IMG/VR virus record: IMGVR_UViG_3300029819_000015
DNA length: 37,465 nt
Strand: one strand, 5' to 3'
From: a virus
The position numbers and the translations under genes are program-made. This document shows positions 1 through 7,770 of this stretch, one piece after another. The notes beneath the pieces are model-generated. The model made no database searches. It was not told the origin of the DNA and saw nothing but the letters and a program-made list of their open reading frames with translations. How positions within the stretch are numbered: the stretch's first letter is position 1; every line of letters starts with the position of its first letter.

Positions 1-95
1 CATTCACATATTTCAATATTACAGAATACACAAAACGTAATCAATCGCGGATAAATAAGATTGATAGAAAGGAATGTATATTGTTTATGACTACT
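1..95. repeat. Direct terminal repeat, copy 1 (assembly overlap of a circularly closed genome)
   Basis: Bases 1..95 (cattcacatatttcaatatt...ttgtttatgactact) recur exactly at 37371..37465. Confidence 0.95.
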
Positions 96-145
96 TAGAA
101 GAGTCAATTACAATATACCAGGTATTAACATATATGGGATATGTT

Positions 146-1114
146 ATGAAACAAAATTTAGCGCGTAAAGAAAATTATGGTAGTGAACGTAGCACAGCTG
201 ATATTAAATATTTAGTCATTCACTATACTTCAAATGATGGTGATAGCGATGAATCAAATGGAAAATATTTTGCTAGGGAAGTTGTTAAAGCATCTGCTCA
301 TTATTTTGTAGATGATGATTCAGTAACTCAAAGTGTTCCAGACAACCATGCTGCATATGCAGTCGGTGGTAAATGTCAATCAAATCACCACCCATATTAT
401 GGTACGATTAAAAACGCTAACTCAATTTCTATTGAGATGTGCGATAACCATAAAGATGGTACTGTTCATATTTGCGATGAAACTCTTGCTAATACTTATG
501 CGTTAGCACGTGCATTGATGAAAAAATACAATATTGATATTGATCACGTTGTACGTCATTACGATGTTAATGGTAAATTATGTCCAAATTGTAATAGTTT
601 ACTAAACGATAACGTATGGCAAACATTCAAGAATAACATTGTTAATTCTACAACTGGAGCATTAGGTACAGGTACTGTAGTTCCAGCTGCTGCTAAAAAT
701 GATAACTTAGACAGTTTGATTGCAAGAGGTCAACAACATTCAATCAACTTTACAGGTCATTCAATTGCAACTGATGGTGCATATGGTCCTAAGACTCAAG
801 CAAATATTGCTAGATGCTTCCAACATGCCATTAATTTGGACTATGGTAAAAACTTAAAAGTTGATGGTGCTTTTGGTAAAAACAGTAAATCGGCTTTAGA
901 TAAACACTATGTCAAACGTAAAGAAACTCAATATTTAGTTACTGCGGTTGAAATTGCTCTAATGTGTCGTGGATATGATCCTGATGGTGTTGAATGTCCA
1001 GGTAAATTTGGAAGTGGCTTAGAAGCTGCAGTAAAACAATTCCAATCAGACAGAGGATTAAAAGTTGATGGAATCGCAGGAAGAAACACTATTTTGAAGT
1101 TAATGGGTGTTTAG
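146..1114 (+). CDS. Endolysin: N-acetylmuramoyl-L-alanine amidase (Amidase_2/PGRP type) with two C-terminal PG_binding_1-like repeats
   Basis: Motifs IKYLVIHYTSNDG, HYFVDDDS, NSISIEMC and HVVRHYDVNGKLCP. C-terminal DGAYGPKTQANIARCFQ and DGIAGRNTILKL repeats. The ORF is open from 74, but the homologous N-terminus starts at MKQNLARK (146). No good SD precedes either start. Confidence 0.85.
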   Translation: MKQNLARKENYGSERSTADIKYLVIHYTSNDGDSDESNGKYFAREVVKASAHYFVDDDSVTQSVPDNHAAYAVGGKCQSNHHPYYGTIKNANSISIEMCDNHKDGTVHICDETLANTYALARALMKKYNIDIDHVVRHYDVNGKLCPNCNSLLNDNVWQTFKNNIVNSTTGALGTGTVVPAAAKNDNLDSLIARGQQHSINFTGHSIATDGAYGPKTQANIARCFQHAINLDYGKNLKVDGAFGKNSKSALDKHYVKRKETQYLVTAVEIALMCRGYDPDGVECPGKFGSGLEAAVKQFQSDRGLKVDGIAGRNTILKLMGV

Positions 1115-1115
1115 A

Positions 1116-1304
1116 ATGAAAAGATTAAAGATTATTATCATTATATTACTTTTATTGAATATTTGTTTACAATATAAAAACACTCAATATCATTCTCAAA
1201 TCATAGAAAAAGACAATCAAATTGAGAAATTAAAACAAGAAAATTTGAAATATCAATATCAGATTGAAGAAATGAATGAGCAATGGGGAGTTTACAGCGA
1301 ATAA
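1116..1304 (+). CDS. Small membrane-anchored coiled-coil protein downstream of the endolysin
   Basis: MKRLKIIIIILLLLNICL transmembrane segment followed by a heptad-rich tail. The ATG at 1116 is in frame inside the 1107 GTG ORF. Confidence 0.55.
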   Translation: MKRLKIIIIILLLLNICLQYKNTQYHSQIIEKDNQIEKLKQENLKYQYQIEEMNEQWGVYSE

Positions 1305-1410
1305 TTAAATAGTATAATTAAAGTGTAAAAATTTAATTGTATTATAGCTAATCCATACTTTAGTTAAATAATTCGACGTCAAGAAACAATTGAATATTTA
1401 CATTAAAAAA

Positions 1411-1439
1411 AGCCTACTCAATCAAGAGTAGGCTTTTTA
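1411..1439. terminator. Bidirectional rho-independent terminator between convergent genes
   Basis: Stem agcctactc (1411..1419) pairs with gagtaggct (1426..1434), loop aatcaa. A-run upstream and T-run downstream. Confidence 0.8.
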
Positions 1440-1440
1440 T

Positions 1441-1896
1441 TTATTCATATTCGTATTCGTTTTCAATGATAACATCAACACGTTTCATAATTACATCAGC
1501 AACAGTATCATCTTTTAAAAGTAATTTGAAATCAACTTTTAATTTGAAAAAATCTAGCAAAACGATATATGCGTAAGCATTGGCATCTACTTCTTCGCTT
1601 TGAAGATTATACTCTCTTATAGAAAGCTTATCGCTAGTTTTATAATTATCAAAATCAAAGACATGTGTATCGATTTGATATTTATGTCTTAATTCATGCG
1701 CGATAGCAAATGCCATATCAACATCACCGTATTCATATTTTGTTCTTAAATACAGAATTGATTTTTCATTTTCATAAGCCAATGTAGCTAGTTGAGTACC
1801 TTGATTGAATTTTTTATCATCTGTAACAATGCTATCAGGTATAGAAATACATAGATCTTCGCACACCTCTTTTATAAATTCTAATATTCCGTTCAT
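1441..1896 (-). CDS. HExxH zinc metalloprotease, ImmA/IrrE (DUF955/COG2856)-like
   Basis: AFAIAHELRHKYQ motif, 151 aa, last gene of a three-gene minus-strand operon that begins with an HTH protein. Confidence 0.6.
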   Translation of the reverse strand: MNGILEFIKEVCEDLCISIPDSIVTDDKKFNQGTQLATLAYENEKSILYLRTKYEYGDVDMAFAIAHELRHKYQIDTHVFDFDNYKTSDKLSIREYNLQSEEVDANAYAYIVLLDFFKLKVDFKLLLKDDTVADVIMKRVDVIIENEYEYE

Positions 1897-1907
1897 ATTT
1901 TTTTCTC

Positions 1908-2225
1908 CTATCTACAAAAATGATTTATATCCAACAAACGATTATATTTTTTCACAATTCTTTGTGCATCGTCTATTTCTTTGATGTTTAAAATAAATTC
2001 TTTTGATATAAAAGCGTTGTTTTTGATAAAAGCACCACCTAAACGTTTCTTAAATTCGCCACCTAATATTTTAACATCGATATAAGAATTGATTATATTT
2101 TTTTCTATTCTTATAAAGTAATAACTTCTACCAATTTTTACTTTCATATCATTTGTACCAAATTCTAAATTTTCAACATTGATATATAAGTCGTGGTTTA
2201 AATTAATTTCTTTCATATTTTTCAC
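1908..2225 (-). CDS. Hypothetical protein (middle gene of the HTH/protease operon)
   Basis: 105-aa ORF packed between 2231..2662 and 1441..1896, with 5-11 nt spacers. Confidence 0.6.
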   Translation of the reverse strand: MKNMKEINLNHDLYINVENLEFGTNDMKVKIGRSYYFIRIEKNIINSYIDVKILGGEFKKRLGGAFIKNNAFISKEFILNIKEIDDAQRIVKKYNRLLDINHFCR

Positions 2226-2230
2226 CTCTA

Positions 2231-2662
2231 TTAATCATCAATTAAATCCATTTCATATGCATTATTATATAATTTATTAAATCTTTCATAAACCTCTGTT
2301 TCAATGTCTTGTGTTAAGTTTTCAGCAATAATAGCAACACCATTATTGTCTTTATCTAAAAAATCAATTACAGTAAATGTCCCATCTTTATAAGGGTATT
2401 CTTGAATCTTTCTAGAATATTCTTTAATCCCATTATCAATTAAAAATTGTTTGATTTCTTGACTTGTAGCATTCATATTTTCTTCTTCTTTGCAAACATT
2501 GATCATTGTATTTTTTAATAATCTTAATTTTTCTTCTGATAGAGCATTTCCATTATTTTTCCAACCTCTAAAGGTTGAATAGTTAACACCAGCTTTTTCA
2601 CAAATTACTTTCATATTAAAATATTGTGATTTTTCTAAAATGAATTGTTTTAAATCTTCCAT
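2231..2662 (-). CDS. HTH DNA-binding protein, candidate phage repressor/ImmR-like regulator
   Basis: N-terminal helix-turn-helix-like segment KVICEKAGVNYSTFRGWKNNG, then a linker and an acidic C-terminal domain. SD aaaggaaag lies upstream. Confidence 0.55.
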   Translation of the reverse strand: MEDLKQFILEKSQYFNMKVICEKAGVNYSTFRGWKNNGNALSEEKLRLLKNTMINVCKEEENMNATSQEIKQFLIDNGIKEYSRKIQEYPYKDGTFTVIDFLDKDNNGVAIIAENLTQDIETEVYERFNKLYNNAYEMDLIDD

Positions 2663-2826
2663 TTCTATCTTTCCTTTCTATTTTTTATACATATAAATAA
2701 AATTACCAATACCGCTATTAATCCGCCTTGCATAATATTTTGATGTGGAATATAATATAAACGGAAGAGGGATTTTTTAATTCCCTTTCCTGTCTTTTAA
2801 GATTTCTTTGATTCCTAGAACGATCG

Positions 2827-3201
2827 CTACAACGTATGTATAAATTTTGAGTTTAAGTAGCTCTTCATGTTAGATTTAAAATTTTCAATCGCTGTTTCTT
2901 TGATACTTTTTTCTTTGGGCGGTGCCTGTGGAACGTAATCATAATTGTTAGAAGAAATATCTAGGTTGGGAATAGATATTTCTGAATTGCAATATGATTT
3001 TATTATTTCAGAAATAGCATTATTAGAAGCTTTAAGCATTTCTTTAATTGATCCCGAAATATTTTCTACTAATGAAGAAATAGCTTCTATGTATTCCTCT
3101 AAATTATTCGTAAGTAAATTAGAAAATACTTTTTGAAGTTCTTCAAAAGCACAGGTGATACCATCAAAAGATTCATCTAATGAATCAATTGAATTGTTCA
3201 A
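2827..3201 (-). CDS. Hypothetical helical protein, first gene leftward of the divergent switch region
   Basis: TTG start 6 nt after a strong SD (ggaggtg on the minus strand, 3208..3214). 124 aa. Confidence 0.6.
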   Translation of the reverse strand: MNNSIDSLDESFDGITCAFEELQKVFSNLLTNNLEEYIEAISSLVENISGSIKEMLKASNNAISEIIKSYCNSEISIPNLDISSNNYDYVPQAPPKEKSIKETAIENFKSNMKSYLNSKFIHTL

Positions 3202-3320
3202 TTAGTTCACCTCCTTCCAAAAAATATTGTATCACGAAGTGCATTGCTTCGAGGTAACAAAAGAACAAGAATTAAGAACTTCAAACGATAGCATCAAAAG
3301 TAGAAATGGAGTGATTAAAA

Positions 3321-3587
3321 ATGCCAAGAAAAATAATTGATACCACTAAAATCAATCAAACCAGATTGCAATACATCAATAAAGGATATTTAACATGCAG
3401 TGAGGTGGCTAAATTTGTGCCATGTGGAAGTACAAAAGCAAGCAAAATTTATCACAAAATTAGAAGTCAAGTAGAAGCTGAAGGATTAGAAAACTGTTTC
3501 AACGTGATTCTAGTTAACAGGTTGTTAGATTTCATGGGATTAACAGCAAAGGAAGTTAAAGAAGCAGCTAAGCGAGAAGCTTCCTAG
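3321..3587 (+). CDS. Small DNA-binding protein (Cro/excisionase-like HTH), first rightward early gene
   Basis: YLTCSEVAKFVPCGSTKASKIYHKI HTH-like segment, SD ggagtg upstream, divergent from 2827..3201. Confidence 0.5.
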   Translation: MPRKIIDTTKINQTRLQYINKGYLTCSEVAKFVPCGSTKASKIYHKIRSQVEAEGLENCFNVILVNRLLDFMGLTAKEVKEAAKREAS

Positions 3588-3601
3588 AAAGGTAGAAACA
3601 T

Positions 3602-4090
3602 ATGAATATTTATTGTGGTGGAAACAAAGTTGAAAAGAAAATAAAAAAACATTCATTACGCAAAATTTTAGAAAATGGTGGAATTTTGAATGGTGAAGAA
3701 TTTGAAATAATGCTGAAAGAAGAAGCTGAAGAACGTAGAGATTCAAAACTAGAAGAGATAAACCAAAACATTATTCAGCTAAATAAAACAATGTATGAAA
3801 TCTTGAAAATTATTTCTAAAAATCAACAGGAAAGGGGGATTCATAAAATGAAAGTTATAGGAAATAAGCAAACTATTTTAATCTTTAGATTTGACAGATG
3901 TTTTTTAGATCTTCTAAGAACTGAAGATTTGAAAGATTATTTTAGCGGAAAGTTAGATGCATACGTTGAAACCATGTATCTCCAAGACATCATTAGCAAA
4001 GATGAATATCATTATTTATTTAATGCTATTGAAACAGCGAGAACATTAGATTTGTCATTAAAAATGGAAGAAATCTTAAATAAAGTTTAA
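3602..4090 (+). CDS. Hypothetical protein (possible internal start at 3848)
   Basis: 162-aa ORF. A strong internal SD aaaggggg lies 8 nt before the in-frame ATG at 3848. Confidence 0.55.
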   Translation: MNIYCGGNKVEKKIKKHSLRKILENGGILNGEEFEIMLKEEAEERRDSKLEEINQNIIQLNKTMYEILKIISKNQQERGIHKMKVIGNKQTILIFRFDRCFLDLLRTEDLKDYFSGKLDAYVETMYLQDIISKDEYHYLFNAIETARTLDLSLKMEEILNKV

Positions 4091-4243
4091 TAAAAATATT
4101 TTCTCAGCTGAAAGGAACTTGTCATTAAATGCCATTTACTAGTATTTGTTTGTACGTATGTGTTTCATTTGTTGAACTTCCTTCAGATGGCAGGTTCCTC
4201 TCAGTTGAGAAACTTCAATATTAACATTGAAAGGAGAATACAT

Positions 4244-4444
4244 ATGGTTCTGTTAATTTCATTTATAGTCAATGTGATTCAAGCAATTATAATCAGGCTT
4301 TTAATAAAAGATTACGAAAAATTAGAAGAAATGTGGTTTCAATTAGCAAATAAAGTAAGTGCTTTAAAGTATCAAGTTAGGGAAATGCATAATGAAAAGG
4401 AACGTATTTTAAAAGAAATGGATGAATTAAAAAATGAAAATTGA
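4244..4444 (+). CDS. Small membrane protein with coiled-coil tail
   Basis: SD aaaggag 7 nt upstream of the ATG at 4244. MVLLISFIVNVIQAIIIRLLI transmembrane segment. Confidence 0.5.
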   Translation: MVLLISFIVNVIQAIIIRLLIKDYEKLEEMWFQLANKVSALKYQVREMHNEKERILKEMDELKNEN

Positions 4445-4547
4445 AAATTTATCATTCAAAGGATTGGCAACAGTTATAATTATACTTTTATTTATTGCTA
4501 AGATCCTAACTATTATAGCCGATTTATTATTAACTGTTTTTTTCTAA
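4434..4547 (+). CDS. 37-aa hydrophobic peptide (below the ORF-track cutoff)
   Basis: MKIENLSFKGLATVIIILLFIAKILTIIADLLLTVFF. Its start overlaps the end of the previous gene. Confidence 0.3.
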   Translation: MKIENLSFKGLATVIIILLFIAKILTIIADLLLTVFF

Positions 4548-4560
4548 AGACTTATATAAA

Positions 4561-4666
4561 TAACAGATAGTTTTTATCTGTTAGCAATCATAGAGACTCT
4601 TACTACAATCGATGCACAAGCCCTTAACAAAAATATTTCTATGATTGCTAAGAGGTAATAACCTCT
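4561..4666. repeat. Cluster of inverted repeats in a non-coding region
   Basis: An 8-bp hairpin aacagata/tatctgtt (4561..4581). A perfect 13-bp inverted repeat, ttagcaatcatag (4580..4592) and ctatgattgctaa (4638..4650). A 6-bp hairpin agaggt/acctct (4650..4665). Confidence 0.75.
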
Positions 4667-4809
4667 AAAAAGCTATTATCAATCATTCTCATACCTCCAA
4701 ATTTGCAAAATGATTTTAATTACAAACATAAAAAGAGAAAAATACGATGTTTTTAAGTGATAAATACGTTTTGATAATAGCTTTTTATTTTTTTGAAAGG
4801 AGAAAAAAT

Positions 4810-5145
4810 ATGGATACTGAAAAATACTGCAGTCCAGTATCAACTCAGTTGTTTCTTGATTTGTCATCAATCGAATCAAAAGACGGACAAAGAGATACAT
4901 ACAATGATTTTCTAAATATTTATGTGTTAAAAAACATCAAACATTTTGAAAATGCGGGTGTATGTGATGATTTTGATACGTTAGCTGCACATTATTATTT
5001 GAGTGATGTAATGATTTTTGGGAAGCTATGTGCGATTTTGAATAAGCAAGAAAATAAAAGAAAAGTTCTTTTGGAAGCAAATGATCTTTTAGCTGGTGAG
5101 ATGTATCAAGAAAACAAGGATTTCATAGATAAATATTTTCAATAA
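4810..5145 (+). CDS. Hypothetical protein
   Basis: SD gaaaggag upstream of the ATG at 4810. 111 aa. Confidence 0.55.
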   Translation: MDTEKYCSPVSTQLFLDLSSIESKDGQRDTYNDFLNIYVLKNIKHFENAGVCDDFDTLAAHYYLSDVMIFGKLCAILNKQENKRKVLLEANDLLAGEMYQENKDFIDKYFQ

Positions 5146-5218
5146 AAAAAGAGACCATCAACCAATGGTCAATGGCATCTAGAAATTATATTAACCTAAC
5201 ACAATCATTATAGCATAT

Positions 5219-5264
5219 TTCTATTAAAAAAGTAGATATATTCTATTAAAAATATAGTTTCTAT
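5219..5264. repeat. Iteron-like direct repeats upstream of the Rep gene
   Basis: ttctattaaaaa at 5219..5230 and 5241..5252 (22-bp phasing), plus ttctat at 5259..5264. Confidence 0.6.
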
Positions 5265-5284
5265 GATGTCTTGTATCTCTTGTA

Positions 5285-6190
5285 ATGCGTCCTAACAAGT
5301 CGACAAAAAAGAAATACACAGATAAAGAATATGACTATGAATCTTTGTATGATACACCTATCAATCAGTTAGAAGAAAAGGAAATAGAGAGTCTTCTAAA
5401 GACAAACAGCATTGAGCATCATTATGTTGCTAAAACAATAAGTGCTGGAAATATGTTTGAGGTTGAACTTTATCCAATCTTCAATAAAAAGGATTTTCAA
5501 GAATTCAAGATAAAAAGAAAATCAAAGAAAGCGCAGAAAAATCTAAATGATAGAAATTCAAGGAAGCAATTCATTAGATTGATTAATTCCAACTTCACTA
5601 AAGATGATTACATTATGCATTTGACTTATTCAAATGAAAATCTTCCTCCAAGTATTGAAGATGCTGAAAAGGAAGTCTATAAGCTGATTAGAAAAATCAA
5701 TTATAGAAGAAAGAAAAAGAAGCTTCAAAACGCTAAGTATATTTATGTGACGGAGTATGATCCTAAAAAGAAGATTAGGGTCCATCATCATTTGATTATC
5801 GAGGGAGGTATCGATAGGAAAGTGATGAAAGACTTATGGACAAATGGAATAAGGATAAAAGTTGAAGAGCTTGAACCAGACGTATATGAACTATCTGGTC
5901 TTGCTAATTATTTATCTAAGGATCCTAAAGGAAAAAAACGATGGAAAGCATCGAAAGGTTTGAAACAGCCAAGAGAGAGAAAAAGCTATACGTCTTTTTC
6001 AAAAAAGAAGATTAGAAATATGATTGCTGATGATACAAATGTATCAATCTATATGAACAGTAATTATAAATCTAAAACCTATCTTGATCATGAAATCCGC
6101 TATAACAAAGTCAATCATATGTACTATATCTATGTGCGTATGAGAAAGAAAGACTTTACTAAAAAAAAGAACGTAAGGAGAAACATCTGA
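5285..6190 (+). CDS. HUH-superfamily rolling-circle replication initiator (Rep)
   Basis: Ordered motifs: I = IMHLTYS, II = RVHHHLIIEGG (HUH), III = LANYLSKD (catalytic Tyr). Very basic protein. Confidence 0.6.
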   Translation: MRPNKSTKKKYTDKEYDYESLYDTPINQLEEKEIESLLKTNSIEHHYVAKTISAGNMFEVELYPIFNKKDFQEFKIKRKSKKAQKNLNDRNSRKQFIRLINSNFTKDDYIMHLTYSNENLPPSIEDAEKEVYKLIRKINYRRKKKKLQNAKYIYVTEYDPKKKIRVHHHLIIEGGIDRKVMKDLWTNGIRIKVEELEPDVYELSGLANYLSKDPKGKKRWKASKGLKQPRERKSYTSFSKKKIRNMIADDTNVSIYMNSNYKSKTYLDHEIRYNKVNHMYYIYVRMRKKDFTKKKNVRRNI

Positions 6191-6191
6191 G

Positions 6192-7100
6192 ATGAAAATA
6201 AAATTGACAAAATCGATGCTTAAATCATACATAGATGAATTTATTGAAGATGAAGTTATGGATGAAAAAGCAGCAGCTACATATAACAAATATAGAAAAG
6301 TTGTAAATGATTTTGTTGATTTTTTTGATAAAGAAGATGTAGCAAAAAGTGATTTGATTGCTTACAAGAAAAAGATAGTAGAAAACTTTTCTACTAAAAC
6401 AGTCAATAACTACATCATCATTATCAATAAGTTCGTCAAATATGTAGAACTTAATGAAAAAGGTGAATACAACTCTACGAAGGCAAAAACATATGTAAGT
6501 GACTATCGTTTGAAAGTTATCAAAGAGCAGGAAAAGACATCAATTGAAAATGTCATCAAACCAGAAGAATTTAAACGTATGCTATCAAAGGCTAAAAAGA
6601 CTGGAAATATGGAAACTTACATGATTATGAAGATATTTGGATACACCGGTATTCGTGTATCAGAGCTTAAATACTATACAGTCGAAAATATCAAGGGAAG
6701 CAAATCAAAGAAATATGTGACTGTATTTAATAAAGGTAAGGAACGTAGTGTTCCCATGCGAGGAGATTTGAGAAGAGAGCTACTTGCATATGCCAAAGAT
6801 AAAAAGATTGAATCTGGTACGTTATTTCCATCAGAAAAAAAGAATGATGGTTCAATGATATCAGAAAGAACAGTTGAAAGAAGAATTTTAAAGATATGTG
6901 GAATGTGCAGAGGTATTGATTTAGCAAAGGCACATCCGCATTCATTCAGACATATGTTTTCTATCCAATTTTTAAAAGCCGGTGGCAACTCAACAGAGCT
7001 TGCTAGGATTTTAGGACATTCAGATATTAAAACGACTGAAATATATGCGAATACTTCTGTAGAGGAAAAGAAAAAGAATGTTGAAAGAATCAAATATTAA
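6192..7100 (+). CDS. Tyrosine recombinase / integrase (XerC/D-like size)
   Basis: GIRVSEL (Arg), HPHSFRHMF (HxxR) and LGHSDIKTTEIYAN (His, Tyr). N-terminal SAM-like core-binding domain. Confidence 0.9.
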   Translation: MKIKLTKSMLKSYIDEFIEDEVMDEKAAATYNKYRKVVNDFVDFFDKEDVAKSDLIAYKKKIVENFSTKTVNNYIIIINKFVKYVELNEKGEYNSTKAKTYVSDYRLKVIKEQEKTSIENVIKPEEFKRMLSKAKKTGNMETYMIMKIFGYTGIRVSELKYYTVENIKGSKSKKYVTVFNKGKERSVPMRGDLRRELLAYAKDKKIESGTLFPSEKKNDGSMISERTVERRILKICGMCRGIDLAKAHPHSFRHMFSIQFLKAGGNSTELARILGHSDIKTTEIYANTSVEEKKKNVERIKY

Positions 7101-7113
7101 AGAGGTGATGGAA

Positions 7114-7332
7114 ATGAAAACATTAAAAGAATTTTTGGAAGCCTTTCAAAATGAAAATTACAAAATCAGTATTGTTAACGGTAATAGAGTTTCTAGTGAC
7201 GAAGATTATGTATTAATCACTACGGATAAGAAATATAAGGACTGTATAAAAGACAAAATATTAAATTTAACTGTAAGTGGCTTTGCTATCAATGATTATG
7301 ATGAAAGATTAGTTATAGAAGTCACAACATAG
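7114..7332 (+). CDS. Hypothetical protein
   Basis: SD agagg 8 nt before the ATG at 7114. Confidence 0.5.
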   Translation: MKTLKEFLEAFQNENYKISIVNGNRVSSDEDYVLITTDKKYKDCIKDKILNLTVSGFAINDYDERLVIEVTT

Positions 7333-7347
7333 AAACGAGGTAAAAAA

Positions 7348-7659
7348 ATGATTATAGAAGTAAAAACAGTAGAAATACTTGCTAAACAAAAGATGCAGTT
7401 TGAAGCAACAACTGTAGTAAAAGAAGAAAAACTAATTAAGTTTATGACTGGTTTTAAAAATAGTTCAAAAGAGACCAGAAATGATGGTTATATCAAAGAA
7501 GTAGCTTTGCATTTAGGAGTGGATGAAAGCAATAATCTTATCACACGTGAATATGCAAAAGTAATACTCAATCCATTGTTTATTCATTCTAATGAAAAAA
7601 TAGAAGAAATCATACAGGAAATGAAAAAAGTAGAAGAAAAAATAGAAAAAGTTTTTTGA
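7348..7659 (+). CDS. Hypothetical protein
   Basis: SD cgaggt upstream. 103 aa. Confidence 0.55.
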   Translation: MIIEVKTVEILAKQKMQFEATTVVKEEKLIKFMTGFKNSSKETRNDGYIKEVALHLGVDESNNLITREYAKVILNPLFIHSNEKIEEIIQEMKKVEEKIEKVF

Positions 7660-7663
7660 TAGC

Positions 7664-7741
7664 AAAATCTCTTGAAAACCTTGTTACATAAGGGATTAGA
7701 GAGGTTTAAGCAATGTCGTATAATTATAGGTTATACGTCAT
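7664..7741 (+). promoter_or_regulatory. Conserved ~77-nt leader/promoter element, copy 1
   Basis: Shares gggattagagaggtttaag (7692..7710), atgtcgtataat and ataggttata with 15642..15720. Perfect TATAAT at 7719..7724 inside an imperfect hairpin. The core lies 79 nt from the downstream ATG in both copies. Confidence 0.6.
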
Positions 7742-7770
7742 GGCTATATAAGTGTTCGAGGAGGTCAAAT

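Noticed and set aside
74-145. 24-codon N-terminal extension of the endolysin ORF (MYIVYDYLEESITIYQVLTYMGYV)
   Set aside because: Amidase_2 homology begins at MKQNLARK (146). The extension lies in DNA adjoining the IS end and partly in the terminal repeat. The aaagga before 74 is only 1 nt from the ATG.
2945-3136. Plus-strand ORF antisense to 2827..3201
   Set aside because: The minus-strand gene has a strong SD (ggaggtg) with correct spacing to its TTG start. The plus-strand ORF has none.
3235-3251. Inverted repeat cgaag-N7-cttcg in the divergent switch region, considered as an operator
   Set aside because: A 5-bp stem with no second copy is too short to distinguish from chance.
7672-7770. 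TTG-initiated 5' extension of the 7771..7944 gene
   Set aside because: It runs through the duplicated non-coding element. A strong SD (gaggagg) precedes the ATG at 7771.
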